A stretch of 64,000 nt of DNA from a virus (taxonomy: Duplodnaviria > Caudoviricetes): positions 1 to 64,000 of the IMG/VR virus record IMGVR_UViG_3300028048_000085, one strand, 5' to 3'. Below, one piece after another: positions 40,257 through 49,996 of this stretch. Made by a program: the position numbers and the translations under genes. The first letter of the stretch is position 1, and the number at the start of each line of letters is the position of its first letter. The notes under the pieces are model-generated. The model ran no database searches. It saw nothing but the letters and a program-made list of their open reading frames with translations, and was not told the DNA's origin.

Positions 40257-40517
40257 CTACATGACTTTCTTAATAGATATTTCGTAATCATCTTCATATT
40301 GAGCAAACCATAAACTACTTATTGTACCACTATTGATCATTCTCTTGATGCTATGATAATTATCATAGTTATGTGTAATCTCGTTACACATTGTTAGAAT
40401 AGAGTGAAATTGCTGAGCGCAATGTAAGTTTGGTGTCCAAATGAGAGGATCCGTATTAGAAATATAGTAGCGGTTGCCTAAACTATCTTGCCCAAATACA
40501 ATAAATACTCCGTCCAT
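40257..40517 (-). CDS. Hypothetical protein
   Basis: AGGAGG RBS. Confidence 0.6.
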   Translation of the reverse strand: MDGVFIVFGQDSLGNRYYISNTDPLIWTPNLHCAQQFHSILTMCNEITHNYDNYHSIKRMINSGTISSLWFAQYEDDYEISIKKVM

Positions 40518-40722
40518 GGATGTTTACCTCCTATTCTGATATTAGTATTATATAGAAGTTCGTCCATTTTTGGTGACTGTAGATACATCAGGTACTATTA
40601 TATTGGTAATAATTTACTAAACTATTATATAATGGGTAAATTTAAGATCTTCTCCTTAGGTTTGCTCTCTTCTTTGTCAAAGGTAGGAGGTAGACCAAAA
40701 GTCTACCTCCCATCGCATCCGT

Positions 40723-41763
40723 CTACACTTCAAATGTTTCTTTAATGAATGATCTATATACATCATGTGGTATGAAGAAGATTGCATGATTATGCTGAGA
40801 ATTAATACCATAAACCCATCTTCCAGAAATATAATTTTCAGAATCATTTGAATATACTGACATATTATTCTGCAATTTATTCTTGTAGTTTAGCTCATGA
40901 TCATGTATCTTGTTATCGTCATCAATAGAAGTATAATCGACAAATGAATCACCATTCTTGATATCATCGATTCCTACATTGATAATGATTGCGCGGACGA
41001 CACCTTGTGTATCATGAGTAACCACTTTAATGTGGAACATCATATCTCTCTGATAACTCTTCTTAGAAAACTTCTTCTTGATCTTATCGAATCGAGATAA
41101 TGCATTATCAGAATCATATATAATATCAAGTGCTTCGATTCTGTCAATTTTAAAAACCTCAAAGAATCTCGTATTAGAATCTTTCACACTACCTACAATG
41201 ATTGCATTGCTAATAGAATCACTCTCTTTTACCATCAGGTTATGAGAAAATAAGAATTCTGTTTCTGTAATATCATCATAATAAGATGGTATTTCGTAAT
41301 AAGATATAATATGATCAATCATAGCAAAATGATCATATGTGATATGTAGATTAGCGATCTCATCCTTATGATTATTCTTACCAGTCTTAATAGCTTCAAA
41401 ATACATTCCATTCTCTTCTTTAACAAATGAAAAGCTGGTAACATAATTTGGTGTAGATGATTGGATTAGTGAGTACAAGTATGCGTGATGAGCATTTCTA
41501 ATATTCTCATCTAAATATAATCCACTATCATGTATAATTGGTATATCACCATCTTCAATATTATTAAATATTGCACTAAGAGTAAACATTCTACCAGTCT
41601 TCTCCCTGCATAAGAATTTAATAATAGCATATTCGGAATTACCATTAGATTGATCACGAGTAATATGAATTGATAGTGGGACAATACCATAGATTATACA
41701 GTCCCTCACTTTTTTGTTTGGATCAATTCGGTAATCCTTTTTATTTAACGGTACTATGATCAT
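40723..41763 (-). CDS. Hypothetical protein
   Basis: Long ORF, translationally coupled to the upstream gene. Confidence 0.65.
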   Translation of the reverse strand: MIIVPLNKKDYRIDPNKKVRDCIIYGIVPLSIHITRDQSNGNSEYAIIKFLCREKTGRMFTLSAIFNNIEDGDIPIIHDSGLYLDENIRNAHHAYLYSLIQSSTPNYVTSFSFVKEENGMYFEAIKTGKNNHKDEIANLHITYDHFAMIDHIISYYEIPSYYDDITETEFLFSHNLMVKESDSISNAIIVGSVKDSNTRFFEVFKIDRIEALDIIYDSDNALSRFDKIKKKFSKKSYQRDMMFHIKVVTHDTQGVVRAIIINVGIDDIKNGDSFVDYTSIDDDNKIHDHELNYKNKLQNNMSVYSNDSENYISGRWVYGINSQHNHAIFFIPHDVYRSFIKETFEV

Positions 41764-42674
41764 GCATTCACTCCCTCCCTTATAAATATTTCAGTATCTT
41801 CTGTTAATAGCTCTTTGTTAATGCGGAAGATGTACGTATCATACCATTTACCATTCTTTACATCAGAGAATAATATACAATAATCTTTTCTACGTTCTGT
41901 ATAATATTCTAATTCATATGAATCACCATATAATGTATCAAAGGTAACCTTCTCAAGAGGTTTCCTCATCTCTTTTCCGACATATCCACTGGTTGTTACA
42001 TTAATACCATATGTGTAGTGACCACCAACAAGTGAATAGTGAGAATGATAATCCCCATCTTTATATGTACCATCCAATGTCACCTTTGATATATCTACTA
42101 CCTTCATTTTGGTATATAATGGATTCCGTATAACATCAACACTATCTTTCAACTTTAAGAAATCATTCAGATAGATCAAGAATGGATAATAGATATTCGT
42201 AGGCATATATAAATCCAAGAACTCATAAGAATTACCACTCTTATAAATAGCTGTACTATGATAATACCTCTTGATATCTTTCGACTTTTCAATCTGAAAA
42301 TCAGTAGAATAGATCTTTGAGTTGTTTGCTTCTCTAATTCTAGACTGATATAATTCTTTAGTTGATATCTCTGCTAATGGCATGTAGTTTCCTGTAAATA
42401 TATCTAATGACTCTAAGAATCTTCTAGAGTCAGCATCTTCAACAATAAGCTGGATTTGGAAGTATTTTGTAAGTTCCGAACATGCTTCTTCAGCAAAAAA
42501 TAAAACAGAATAGTTATAGATATTGATCTTTTGTATAGCGATTGGAGCGATATCATCAACGAAATATTTCTTCTTCGTTGATATCTGCTCCTGGCTAGGT
42601 ATTTCTACTGGATTAATTATCATGATTTTCTCCTGTAATAATTGGCTTAATAAGATCGATATAGTATCTTTCAT
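41760..42674 (-). CDS. Hypothetical protein
   Basis: Long ORF in operon; start uncertain. Confidence 0.65.
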   Translation of the reverse strand: MKDTISILLSQLLQEKIMIINPVEIPSQEQISTKKKYFVDDIAPIAIQKINIYNYSVLFFAEEACSELTKYFQIQLIVEDADSRRFLESLDIFTGNYMPLAEISTKELYQSRIREANNSKIYSTDFQIEKSKDIKRYYHSTAIYKSGNSYEFLDLYMPTNIYYPFLIYLNDFLKLKDSVDVIRNPLYTKMKVVDISKVTLDGTYKDGDYHSHYSLVGGHYTYGINVTTSGYVGKEMRKPLEKVTFDTLYGDSYELEYYTERRKDYCILFSDVKNGKWYDTYIFRINKELLTEDTEIFIREGVNA

Positions 42675-43314
42675 CAGGTTTCATGATGATCTTGGGTAAA
42701 TCAATTCCACCGTCTTTATTCATCGGAATTAAGCCCATACACTCATCTCCCAAGATATATCGATTTTTACCATCAACGTTTATACATATTACAGAGTAGA
42801 ATGGTTCCCCCTCATCTGCTCTAACAATATATCCTTTGCGATCTTGATCTTCCAATAACGAAAACTTAACAGTACACTCAAGACCAATATATGGAACATT
42901 CTGTTCGGTATATGGAATGTTTATCTTAGTATATTGGTCATCTAGTGTACTACCAACTAATATCAGTGCATAATCTGTACGTACTGCTATAAATACATAT
43001 GGTTCTACAATATCATATCTCAATATTATAAAATCTTTTGTTATAGCAATATCTGCATCATAGAAATCAGGATTATCATCTGTTCTAGGTTGATCAATGA
43101 CATCATCATATGGTCTTCCCCAAGATACTAACTTCATTGGTTCAAACGATTGATCAATCTTATTGTGGTCATTATATCTCAAAGTAACAGTAGTTCCTAC
43201 TAACTCTGATTGTTCTGGATATCTATCATATCCAATATACTCACTATGTGGATATACCTGATTGGTATGATGCAATAATTGCTGTATTGGTTTGCACTTT
43301 AATCTGCTAATCAT
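42613..43314 (-). CDS. Hypothetical protein
   Basis: AGGAGG RBS. Confidence 0.65.
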   Translation of the reverse strand: MISRLKCKPIQQLLHHTNQVYPHSEYIGYDRYPEQSELVGTTVTLRYNDHNKIDQSFEPMKLVSWGRPYDDVIDQPRTDDNPDFYDADIAITKDFIILRYDIVEPYVFIAVRTDYALILVGSTLDDQYTKINIPYTEQNVPYIGLECTVKFSLLEDQDRKGYIVRADEGEPFYSVICINVDGKNRYILGDECMGLIPMNKDGGIDLPKIIMKPDERYYIDLIKPIITGENHDN

Positions 43315-43361
43315 CGTGAATTCCTCCTTAGATTGTATTATACCTAAGTGGAATTCATCTG

Positions 43362-43985
43362 TTACAAATAAGGTAATAAGTCAGGATCTTTATATAAATC
43401 AACGATACGATATAGAATTTGATATTCACGATTAATCTTTTTCTTAAAGATTCTCAAATCTACTAATTGGAATGTATCATCGATCCGAAATACAGATATT
43501 CCAGCTTTGTCTGGTTTACTAATATTAGGAAATCCTGTCATAATAGGTACTAATACAGGATGTTCCATAGTATTGATACTAGGCATATGGTAGAACTTCA
43601 TACCATCTGCAGCTTTCATAGCAATCAATTGTTCAAACTCTTCACTAGCTCGAACATTATCATCGTTTGCTATCAATCGATCACCAGTCATTAATCCAGC
43701 ATACCAACTGTATTGATTGATTTCCTGCTGGAACTCCGCTGGAAATAATGGAATATAAGATGTACCATTTTCGTCAATCGTATTATAATTAAATCCGATA
43801 ATTGGATATGGTACATCTTCTGTATCTTTGAGAGGTACAACATATAATGCAGCACCCATAACGTTATATACTACAAGTTTCTGGTAGCAGATAACTTTAA
43901 CTTGATCTAATAATACTTTATTGATAAGAGCTTCTCCAAGTGTTTTCACTTGGAGAATTCTATCATCGACAACTCTTTCGTACAT
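43362..43985 (-). CDS. Hypothetical protein downstream of the DNA polymerase
   Basis: ORF with AGGAG RBS. Confidence 0.65.
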   Translation of the reverse strand: MYERVVDDRILQVKTLGEALINKVLLDQVKVICYQKLVVYNVMGAALYVVPLKDTEDVPYPIIGFNYNTIDENGTSYIPLFPAEFQQEINQYSWYAGLMTGDRLIANDDNVRASEEFEQLIAMKAADGMKFYHMPSINTMEHPVLVPIMTGFPNISKPDKAGISVFRIDDTFQLVDLRIFKKKINREYQILYRIVDLYKDPDLLPYL

Positions 43986-43987
43986 TA

Positions 43988-44632
43988 TTACTCCTTTGGT
44001 CGATTATTTGATAAGAATGTTACTGGTTTAACATGAACTCCTGGAATTGTAAATCTTACTGGAGATTCGATACCACTAGATGTTGGAATAATTGGACTGA
44101 TTCTTCCATTATTTCCTTGGAATCCAGCAGCATAAAGATTACTAAACTGACCGAGTCCTCTCATACTATAATACTCATCAATATCTTCAATCATCTCTTG
44201 TACATTGGCAAGATGGAACCATCTATGAGCAAAAGATATGATATTATCAGTTGTAAGATTCTCAAAGAATTCACCAGATCTAGAATACTTATCGACAAAA
44301 TATGTATTCTCATGATCATATATCTTCTGAAGATCTGTAGTTTGAATAACTTCAGAATTATATACAATTGATCCAATATACTCAGTGTAATCTTGATCAG
44401 CATATAAGCCAACAGAATATGCTTCTGGGTTATCTTTTAATTCTTTATCTCCGGTATACTGTGCACCGTTTGGATCTTTAATCCAGAATGATCCATTTAC
44501 AATTTCACCAGTTTCTAATAATTTACCATTGACAACATTTGCTTTCCATACATTCCAAACTTCAAGTCTTCCATACTGTGTATTTGGAGCAATATTAAAT
44601 TCAAGCATGATGCTAGGATAAAGTGATTTATA
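43988..44632 (-). CDS. Family B DNA polymerase N-terminal subunit, exon 2
   Basis: Begins YKSLYPSIM; joined to exon 1 (...QDYD) it restores PolB motif A DYKSLYPS. Confidence 0.85.
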   Translation of the reverse strand, partial: YKSLYPSIMLEFNIAPNTQYGRLEVWNVWKANVVNGKLLETGEIVNGSFWIKDPNGAQYTGDKELKDNPEAYSVGLYADQDYTEYIGSIVYNSEVIQTTDLQKIYDHENTYFVDKYSRSGEFFENLTTDNIISFAHRWFHLANVQEMIEDIDEYYSMRGLGQFSNLYAAGFQGNNGRISPIIPTSSGIESPVRFTIPGVHVKPVTFLSNNRPKE

Positions 44633-45008
44633 CGGGTCTTCACACAAGTTCGTTACGCTTGCGCCGTTCACATTGGAACTGCTCTTAGTGTTACTAAGAT
44701 GTCGAGACTATATCACTACCTGTTACCGGTACTCTTCACTTGGAAGCCACATGGTCTTCTACTCCTCTTCCGAGGATAGTCGTTGAACCCCCTAGAATAT
44801 GTATTCTAGGTTAGCTGCTGATCAAACATTGTTAACAATACTTAGGACCATTGGGTTAATCAGACTCAATGGCTTTTATTTCACCTTATATCATCTCTCT
44901 ACTTGTTTCCGACTTTCGTCTCCATATAGGCAAGAGAGCCTTAGCCTTTCCCAGCAATTTCGAAGAGTTATTCAACACATGATTTCTCATATGATGCGAC
45001 TATAGTTA
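44633..45008 (-). ncRNA. Group I intron (376 nt, no ORF) in DNA polymerase motif A
   Basis: 5' exon ends in U with P1 CGAU/GUCG; core AAUUGCUGGGAA, GAUCAGCAGC, UUCAACGACUA, GAUAUAGUC; terminal G; splicing restores the frame. Confidence 0.9.
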
Positions 45009-46526
45009 ATCGTAATCCTGTAGATTATCGCAGATCCATAAGGCTCTGCCATCTACCTTTATCTTAGCATAATCCGATGTGTTTAATGGTTTACCAACTA
45101 ACGCACCAATATATTTTGGTGGTTTCTTATTCCATTTATTGACATTATTACCACGAATATATCCCATCTTGTACCAATCATTTGCCATTCGATTGATAAG
45201 ATATACTGTCTGACGATGACCTTTCTCATAAGATGTATTATTTGCAATACATTTTGTAAAGATATATTCTATATCCTGAGTCTGCAACTCAATACAATCC
45301 TGTACAATAACATCCATGATGTTATAGATGACGAATGTCTTAAAGTCAATCCAAGGTAGCTCTGTTACAGAGTTTGTAATATGGTGGTAGTCTAACTTCT
45401 GTACCTTGGCTTCTTTTAAACCAATATCGTCTAATTTAAATGAGTTAATAGATCCATACTTAGCTTTACGTCTAGAAGCATACTGAATCATCTGATCGAT
45501 GAATATTGGATATCCAGCAATATATGTATAGTCTCCACGTTCTGGCAGCTCGTTGATATTTCGCTGATCCACATAATGTTTGATATATCTCTCAGTCCAC
45601 TCCCATCTAGGATCACACATAACATCAGCTGGATCGTATCCAAGATTTATAATACGCTGCATAATGTATGGAAGATCGAAGTTGCTACTATTATATCCTA
45701 ATACGAAATCTGGACTACATCGATGGATTGTATTGAATAAATCTTTGATCAATTCAATCTCATAATCGTAGAATCGTAAATCAAATCGCGTATCATTCAA
45801 ATGATACTTATCCATCTGATCCTGTCCACCAACAGCATCCCGTATAAAATTATGAATCTCCTGAAATCCGAAACTACCACTACGAATCTCTTGCTCGAAT
45901 TTATCGATCAGTGGATTATTATCATTTCTTAAGATGAATGTGTATACTTTATCCTCTCTTGTATCTAGATAAGATACACAGTTGATTTCGCATTCACCAG
46001 GCTCTACGAAATCACCTTTTGCCCATTTACCATCAACCTCAATATCGAAGAATCCCTTATATAACTTCGGTACATTGTTTGAATATGTTTGAGCAAACTT
46101 GAATCGATAATGATCTTGGATACTAGAATCACTAAAGAATACTTGTGGTAATGTATGGAGCTTATTCTGTGCATCAAAATCTCTTGTAGCAATTGCATTC
46201 TTGTAGTATGCTTCATTGCCTGTTCTCTTGGCAATATCTGCTGTTAATTTCCTGAATGGAACTTCAACTGGTTCCACTTTATCTCTCTCTATAAATAACT
46301 TATTATAATCTGGAATCTCTTCTGGATTCTTCATAATATAATATGTATAAGACGGATTAGTTATGATCTTGTGTTGCTTCTTACCAGTCTTATTATCTCT
46401 GTATATTAGATCGATAAAATCATCTGCTACTTTTTTACCTTCTTCAAATTGTGCTCGTTGATAATAGGCATTAAAAATTGTTAGATCTGACCCTTCTGGG
46501 TACGTTACTTCTAATTCTTTGATCAT
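45009..46526 (-). CDS. Family B DNA polymerase N-terminal subunit, exon 1 (3'-5' exonuclease)
   Basis: ExoI FFDIEVD, ExoII GYNSSNFDLPYI, ExoIII YNIMDV, KLD.I motif. Confidence 0.88.
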
Positions 46527-46656
46527 CGTAAAGCTCCTCTCTTCATTATATGAGATGTTTTTCTTATACTAGCTTTTAAATAGATACACATCCCATTAAT
46601 TCATAGATATAGTATATATCTAAAAATAACTTTAATATATTTAAGGAGGTAAGTAT

Positions 46657-47799
46657 ATGGATTTCATTGATCAGCCACCGTATAATTACAGTATGCCTAT
46701 GTCTCCTGGAGGATTCCAGGCACCAAATTTTAGTGGTAATCAGCAACCACAGCAGGTCTACAAACCAGTGCGTCAACCAGAGCCTGTTAATATGCCGGTA
46801 TTTACTGGCGGTGAGCAGCATCTTTTCACTGTTGTGGATGAGGGTAAGAATGTAGATAATTCTTACAATGCTCGTAAGATGGCAGTACCTGTTGATAATA
46901 GCTCCGATGCAGAGATTGAAGAAAAGAAAAAACGTCGTGGTAGACCAAAAAAGAAAGCAAGCGAAGAAACTAAGGATGAGAATTATCTTGCTCCTATCTT
47001 CCGTGATCGTGCTGATACTTCTGCTGCTCCAGAGAAATTATCAGGTGAAGTAGAAAGTACACCAACAGCATATACATATCGTGAGACTGAAGGTATGTTA
47101 CGTGAGACTATTGGTCAGATCGATGCTCTTAATGGAGAATTGATGTCAGAGTTTAACTCTATCAAGAATAGTCGTACTATGAAGAATAAGTACAATGTTC
47201 TTGTTGGTATCTCTGAGAATGTTGGTAGCCTTATTGGTAACAGAATTTCTGCTATCAAAGAAATCAATAACTCTATTACAAAGTCTAACGATCTTGATTA
47301 CAAGAAGCTCAAAGATATTCGTGCTTCTCAGGCTGATCAGAACGATGATGCATATGTTGCTAATCTGTATCAAGCATTCTTACAGAATCCTCAGGGTGCA
47401 CCTAATATTCCTCAGATCCCACAGGTTGATGAAACTGTTTATGGTTCTGGTATTGTAAGAGCTACATTAAATGCTGCTCAGGTAGAGCAGGGTGGTCCTA
47501 TCGCAGATGTTGGTTATATGGGATATATGGCTAACTTAACACCGGAACAGAACTTGATGCGTTACGAGCGTGATCCTAACGTTAAGCAGGTAGTTGTATA
47601 TGATGCATCAACTGGTAATAAATACTTCCAGTATATGAATATGGCAACTGGTGAAGCGATCGCAAATGTTCCTTCATATGGTGAAGATATTATGCAGGAT
47701 ACAACACTTGACCTTGCTAATGGTATTGCTAAGAATATTAATCTTCATGAAGAATTCCCAATCATTACAATTAATGATCAGGTTACATCTCAATATTAA
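46657..47799 (+). CDS. Hypothetical protein with an AT-hook-like KRRGRPKK motif and coiled coil
   Basis: 380-aa ORF, AGGAGG RBS. Confidence 0.7.
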   Translation: MDFIDQPPYNYSMPMSPGGFQAPNFSGNQQPQQVYKPVRQPEPVNMPVFTGGEQHLFTVVDEGKNVDNSYNARKMAVPVDNSSDAEIEEKKKRRGRPKKKASEETKDENYLAPIFRDRADTSAAPEKLSGEVESTPTAYTYRETEGMLRETIGQIDALNGELMSEFNSIKNSRTMKNKYNVLVGISENVGSLIGNRISAIKEINNSITKSNDLDYKKLKDIRASQADQNDDAYVANLYQAFLQNPQGAPNIPQIPQVDETVYGSGIVRATLNAAQVEQGGPIADVGYMGYMANLTPEQNLMRYERDPNVKQVVVYDASTGNKYFQYMNMATGEAIANVPSYGEDIMQDTTLDLANGIAKNINLHEEFPIITINDQVTSQY

Positions 47800-47855
47800 T
47801 ACAAAAAAATAAAAAGGTCCCTAGGCAATTACGCCTAGGGATTATTCTTTTCATT

Positions 47856-48233
47856 TTACCGAATGAAGAGATTAATCTCACCCATAACTTCACCACGATT
47901 AATCTTATGATTCTTACGTAAATCAGCTTCTGTCTTCTTAACCAGCTTCTCAGCTTCTTCGTACTTAGATAGATGAATCTGCTTGCGTAAATTCATAATC
48001 TTGTCTGTAATAACAGCACGCTCTACATTATTACGTGTTCTATTGAGCTTCGATTCAAGATCTTTGAGCTCTGTAATAAGTGTAGACTCCGATACAGATG
48101 ATTCTACCTTGGCTTCTTTTGCCTTGACCTTCTCTTCAACAACAGGAGTTTCTTCTGCAACTTCTTCCTGAATAGTAGAAACTTCCACATCTTTGTTTTC
48201 TTCTTTGTTATTATTGTGATAATGCTTAGACAT
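47856..48233 (-). CDS. Hypothetical charged protein
   Basis: GAGGAGG RBS, upstream AACA-N6-TA. Confidence 0.65.
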   Translation of the reverse strand: MSKHYHNNNKEENKDVEVSTIQEEVAEETPVVEEKVKAKEAKVESSVSESTLITELKDLESKLNRTRNNVERAVITDKIMNLRKQIHLSKYEEAEKLVKKTEADLRKNHKINRGEVMGEINLFIR

Positions 48234-48299
48234 ATCAATTCCTCCTCAATGCAAATTTATCTGATTATTATGTTGTTTACATAGTACATTTACATCGAG

Positions 48300-49395
48300 T
48301 ATTTTGTATTCTTCTCAAAATTCATTAATTGTTTGTAATGTTATTGTTCTCATTGATTCGTTCATTGGTACTAATATTGTTTTTGCCATTGACTCACTCG
48401 AACAGATATACTATTGTTCTCCTTGTTGGTTCATTTTGAGGAATTAATATTGGTTGTTCTTTAAGATTCATTTTTATTATTTAATTTTAGTTAGCTGCAA
48501 TGATTCGTTATCCTCTGCTAATATTGTTATATTTGTCGACTCATTAACCATTCATAATTTAGTTTATATACGTGATTCGATTTAGCATTGTAATATTATC
48601 AGATACTGTAAACTCATTAGTTATTCATAATTTAGTCACTACCTTTAATTCGATTAGAAACTGTAATATTGTCATATATTGTAAACTCATTAAACATCAT
48701 TAATTTTGGTTGACGATATGATTCGTATCCGTGCTTTAATTTTGCTTCTATCTCATAACTCATTCGACTTCTATAATTTATTTCTTCATGATGATTCATT
48801 TACGTATGATAATGTTTTTCATGCCCAGTATAATTCATTAGCCTGTTGTAATTTAGTAGGTGTTCCTGATTCGTTCTCTAACGATAATATTCGGTCGCTT
48901 ATTATAACTCATTTTTCAATTATAATTTTATCTCTATATTTAATTCGATTATATGTCGTAATTTTGATTGCACTTTTTAAACTCATTTGCTGCCTCTTAA
49001 GTTTGATTGCGTATGATGATTCATTTTGTGTATATAATGTTTATCCGCTCAAGTAATTCATTTACGTATGATAATGTTTTTCATGCCCAGTCATGATTCG
49101 TTCATCAATTGTAATGTTGTCTTACCTTCTTGACTCATATATCAGATGTGATTTTGATGCATATCTAGAATTCGATTTCGTTCTGTAATTTGATTATACA
49201 TTTTTAAACTCATTTTGTAATGTTAATGTTGTTTCATACTCTAATTCATTTTACTAAGATAATGTTATTTCGCATTCTAATTCGTTTGCCACTTCTAATG
49301 TTGCTATTTCCGCTAACTCATATATCAAATGTAATTTTGATGCATATCCAGAATTCGATTTTCATATGTAATTTTGTTTGATTAAGTAACTCAAT
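48300..49395 (-). repeat. Dual-repeat interspaced array 1 (TIGR-like), 30 units of mostly 36-37 bp
   Basis: Plus-strand unit (t)RAYTCRWT-N9-TAATDTTR-N10/11; RAYTCR at 48319, 48355, 48391, 48428, 48465 ... 49352, 49388. Confidence 0.85.
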
Positions 49396-49402
49396 ATCTA
49401 TT

Positions 49403-49948
49403 CTATAGCATTACACCTAGAAAACTCATCTTACGTCTGAATTCTCGATTTTCAAAATCACGAATCATCTTTCTGGCTTCTTTGACATTTCTCATCTTAT
49501 TTGCTTTTACAAAGATATCACGATTAGTCTCTAAGAACTTTACAATCGTATTAAGATCTTCGGTACTATTGAAAATCTTATACATTGTAACTGCAAATCC
49601 CTGATCACATTTACTTGTAGCAAAGTTAGATTTTGTAGAATAGTTTAAAACATTGATTGCAAAATAATGCTCCTTATCAATCATTGCTAAACATTGTTCC
49701 CTATTATTTGGTAAGATATAAGCATAAATAGAATCTCGGAATAGTCCAATTGGCACTCCAATCCATATAGGACCAGATTCTAATTCCACACTGATCATAT
49801 AGAAATTATGATCAAAAATCGTCATAACCAGTCGATCCTTATCTTCAGATAATCGTTCTATATCGATTTTTGCTTGCTCTCTTATCTCTTTTGATGCTCC
49901 TAACAAAGCATACTTTTTACATATTAACATAGATTTTTTCATACTCAT
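49403..49948 (-). CDS. Hypothetical 181-aa protein embedded between the two arrays
   Basis: Intact ATG ORF with GAAAGG RBS, free of array motifs, basic C-terminal helix. Confidence 0.7.
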   Translation of the reverse strand: MSMKKSMLICKKYALLGASKEIREQAKIDIERLSEDKDRLVMTIFDHNFYMISVELESGPIWIGVPIGLFRDSIYAYILPNNREQCLAMIDKEHYFAINVLNYSTKSNFATSKCDQGFAVTMYKIFNSTEDLNTIVKFLETNRDIFVKANKMRNVKEARKMIRDFENREFRRKMSFLGVML

Positions 49949-49996
49949 ATAAATTGCCTTTCCATCTAGTCATTTAAAAATACATTTACTTATCCA

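Noticed and set aside
43988-44671. Treating 43988..44671 as an independent gene starting at 44671
   Set aside because: Its first 13 codons are intron sequence; motif A is restored only by splicing
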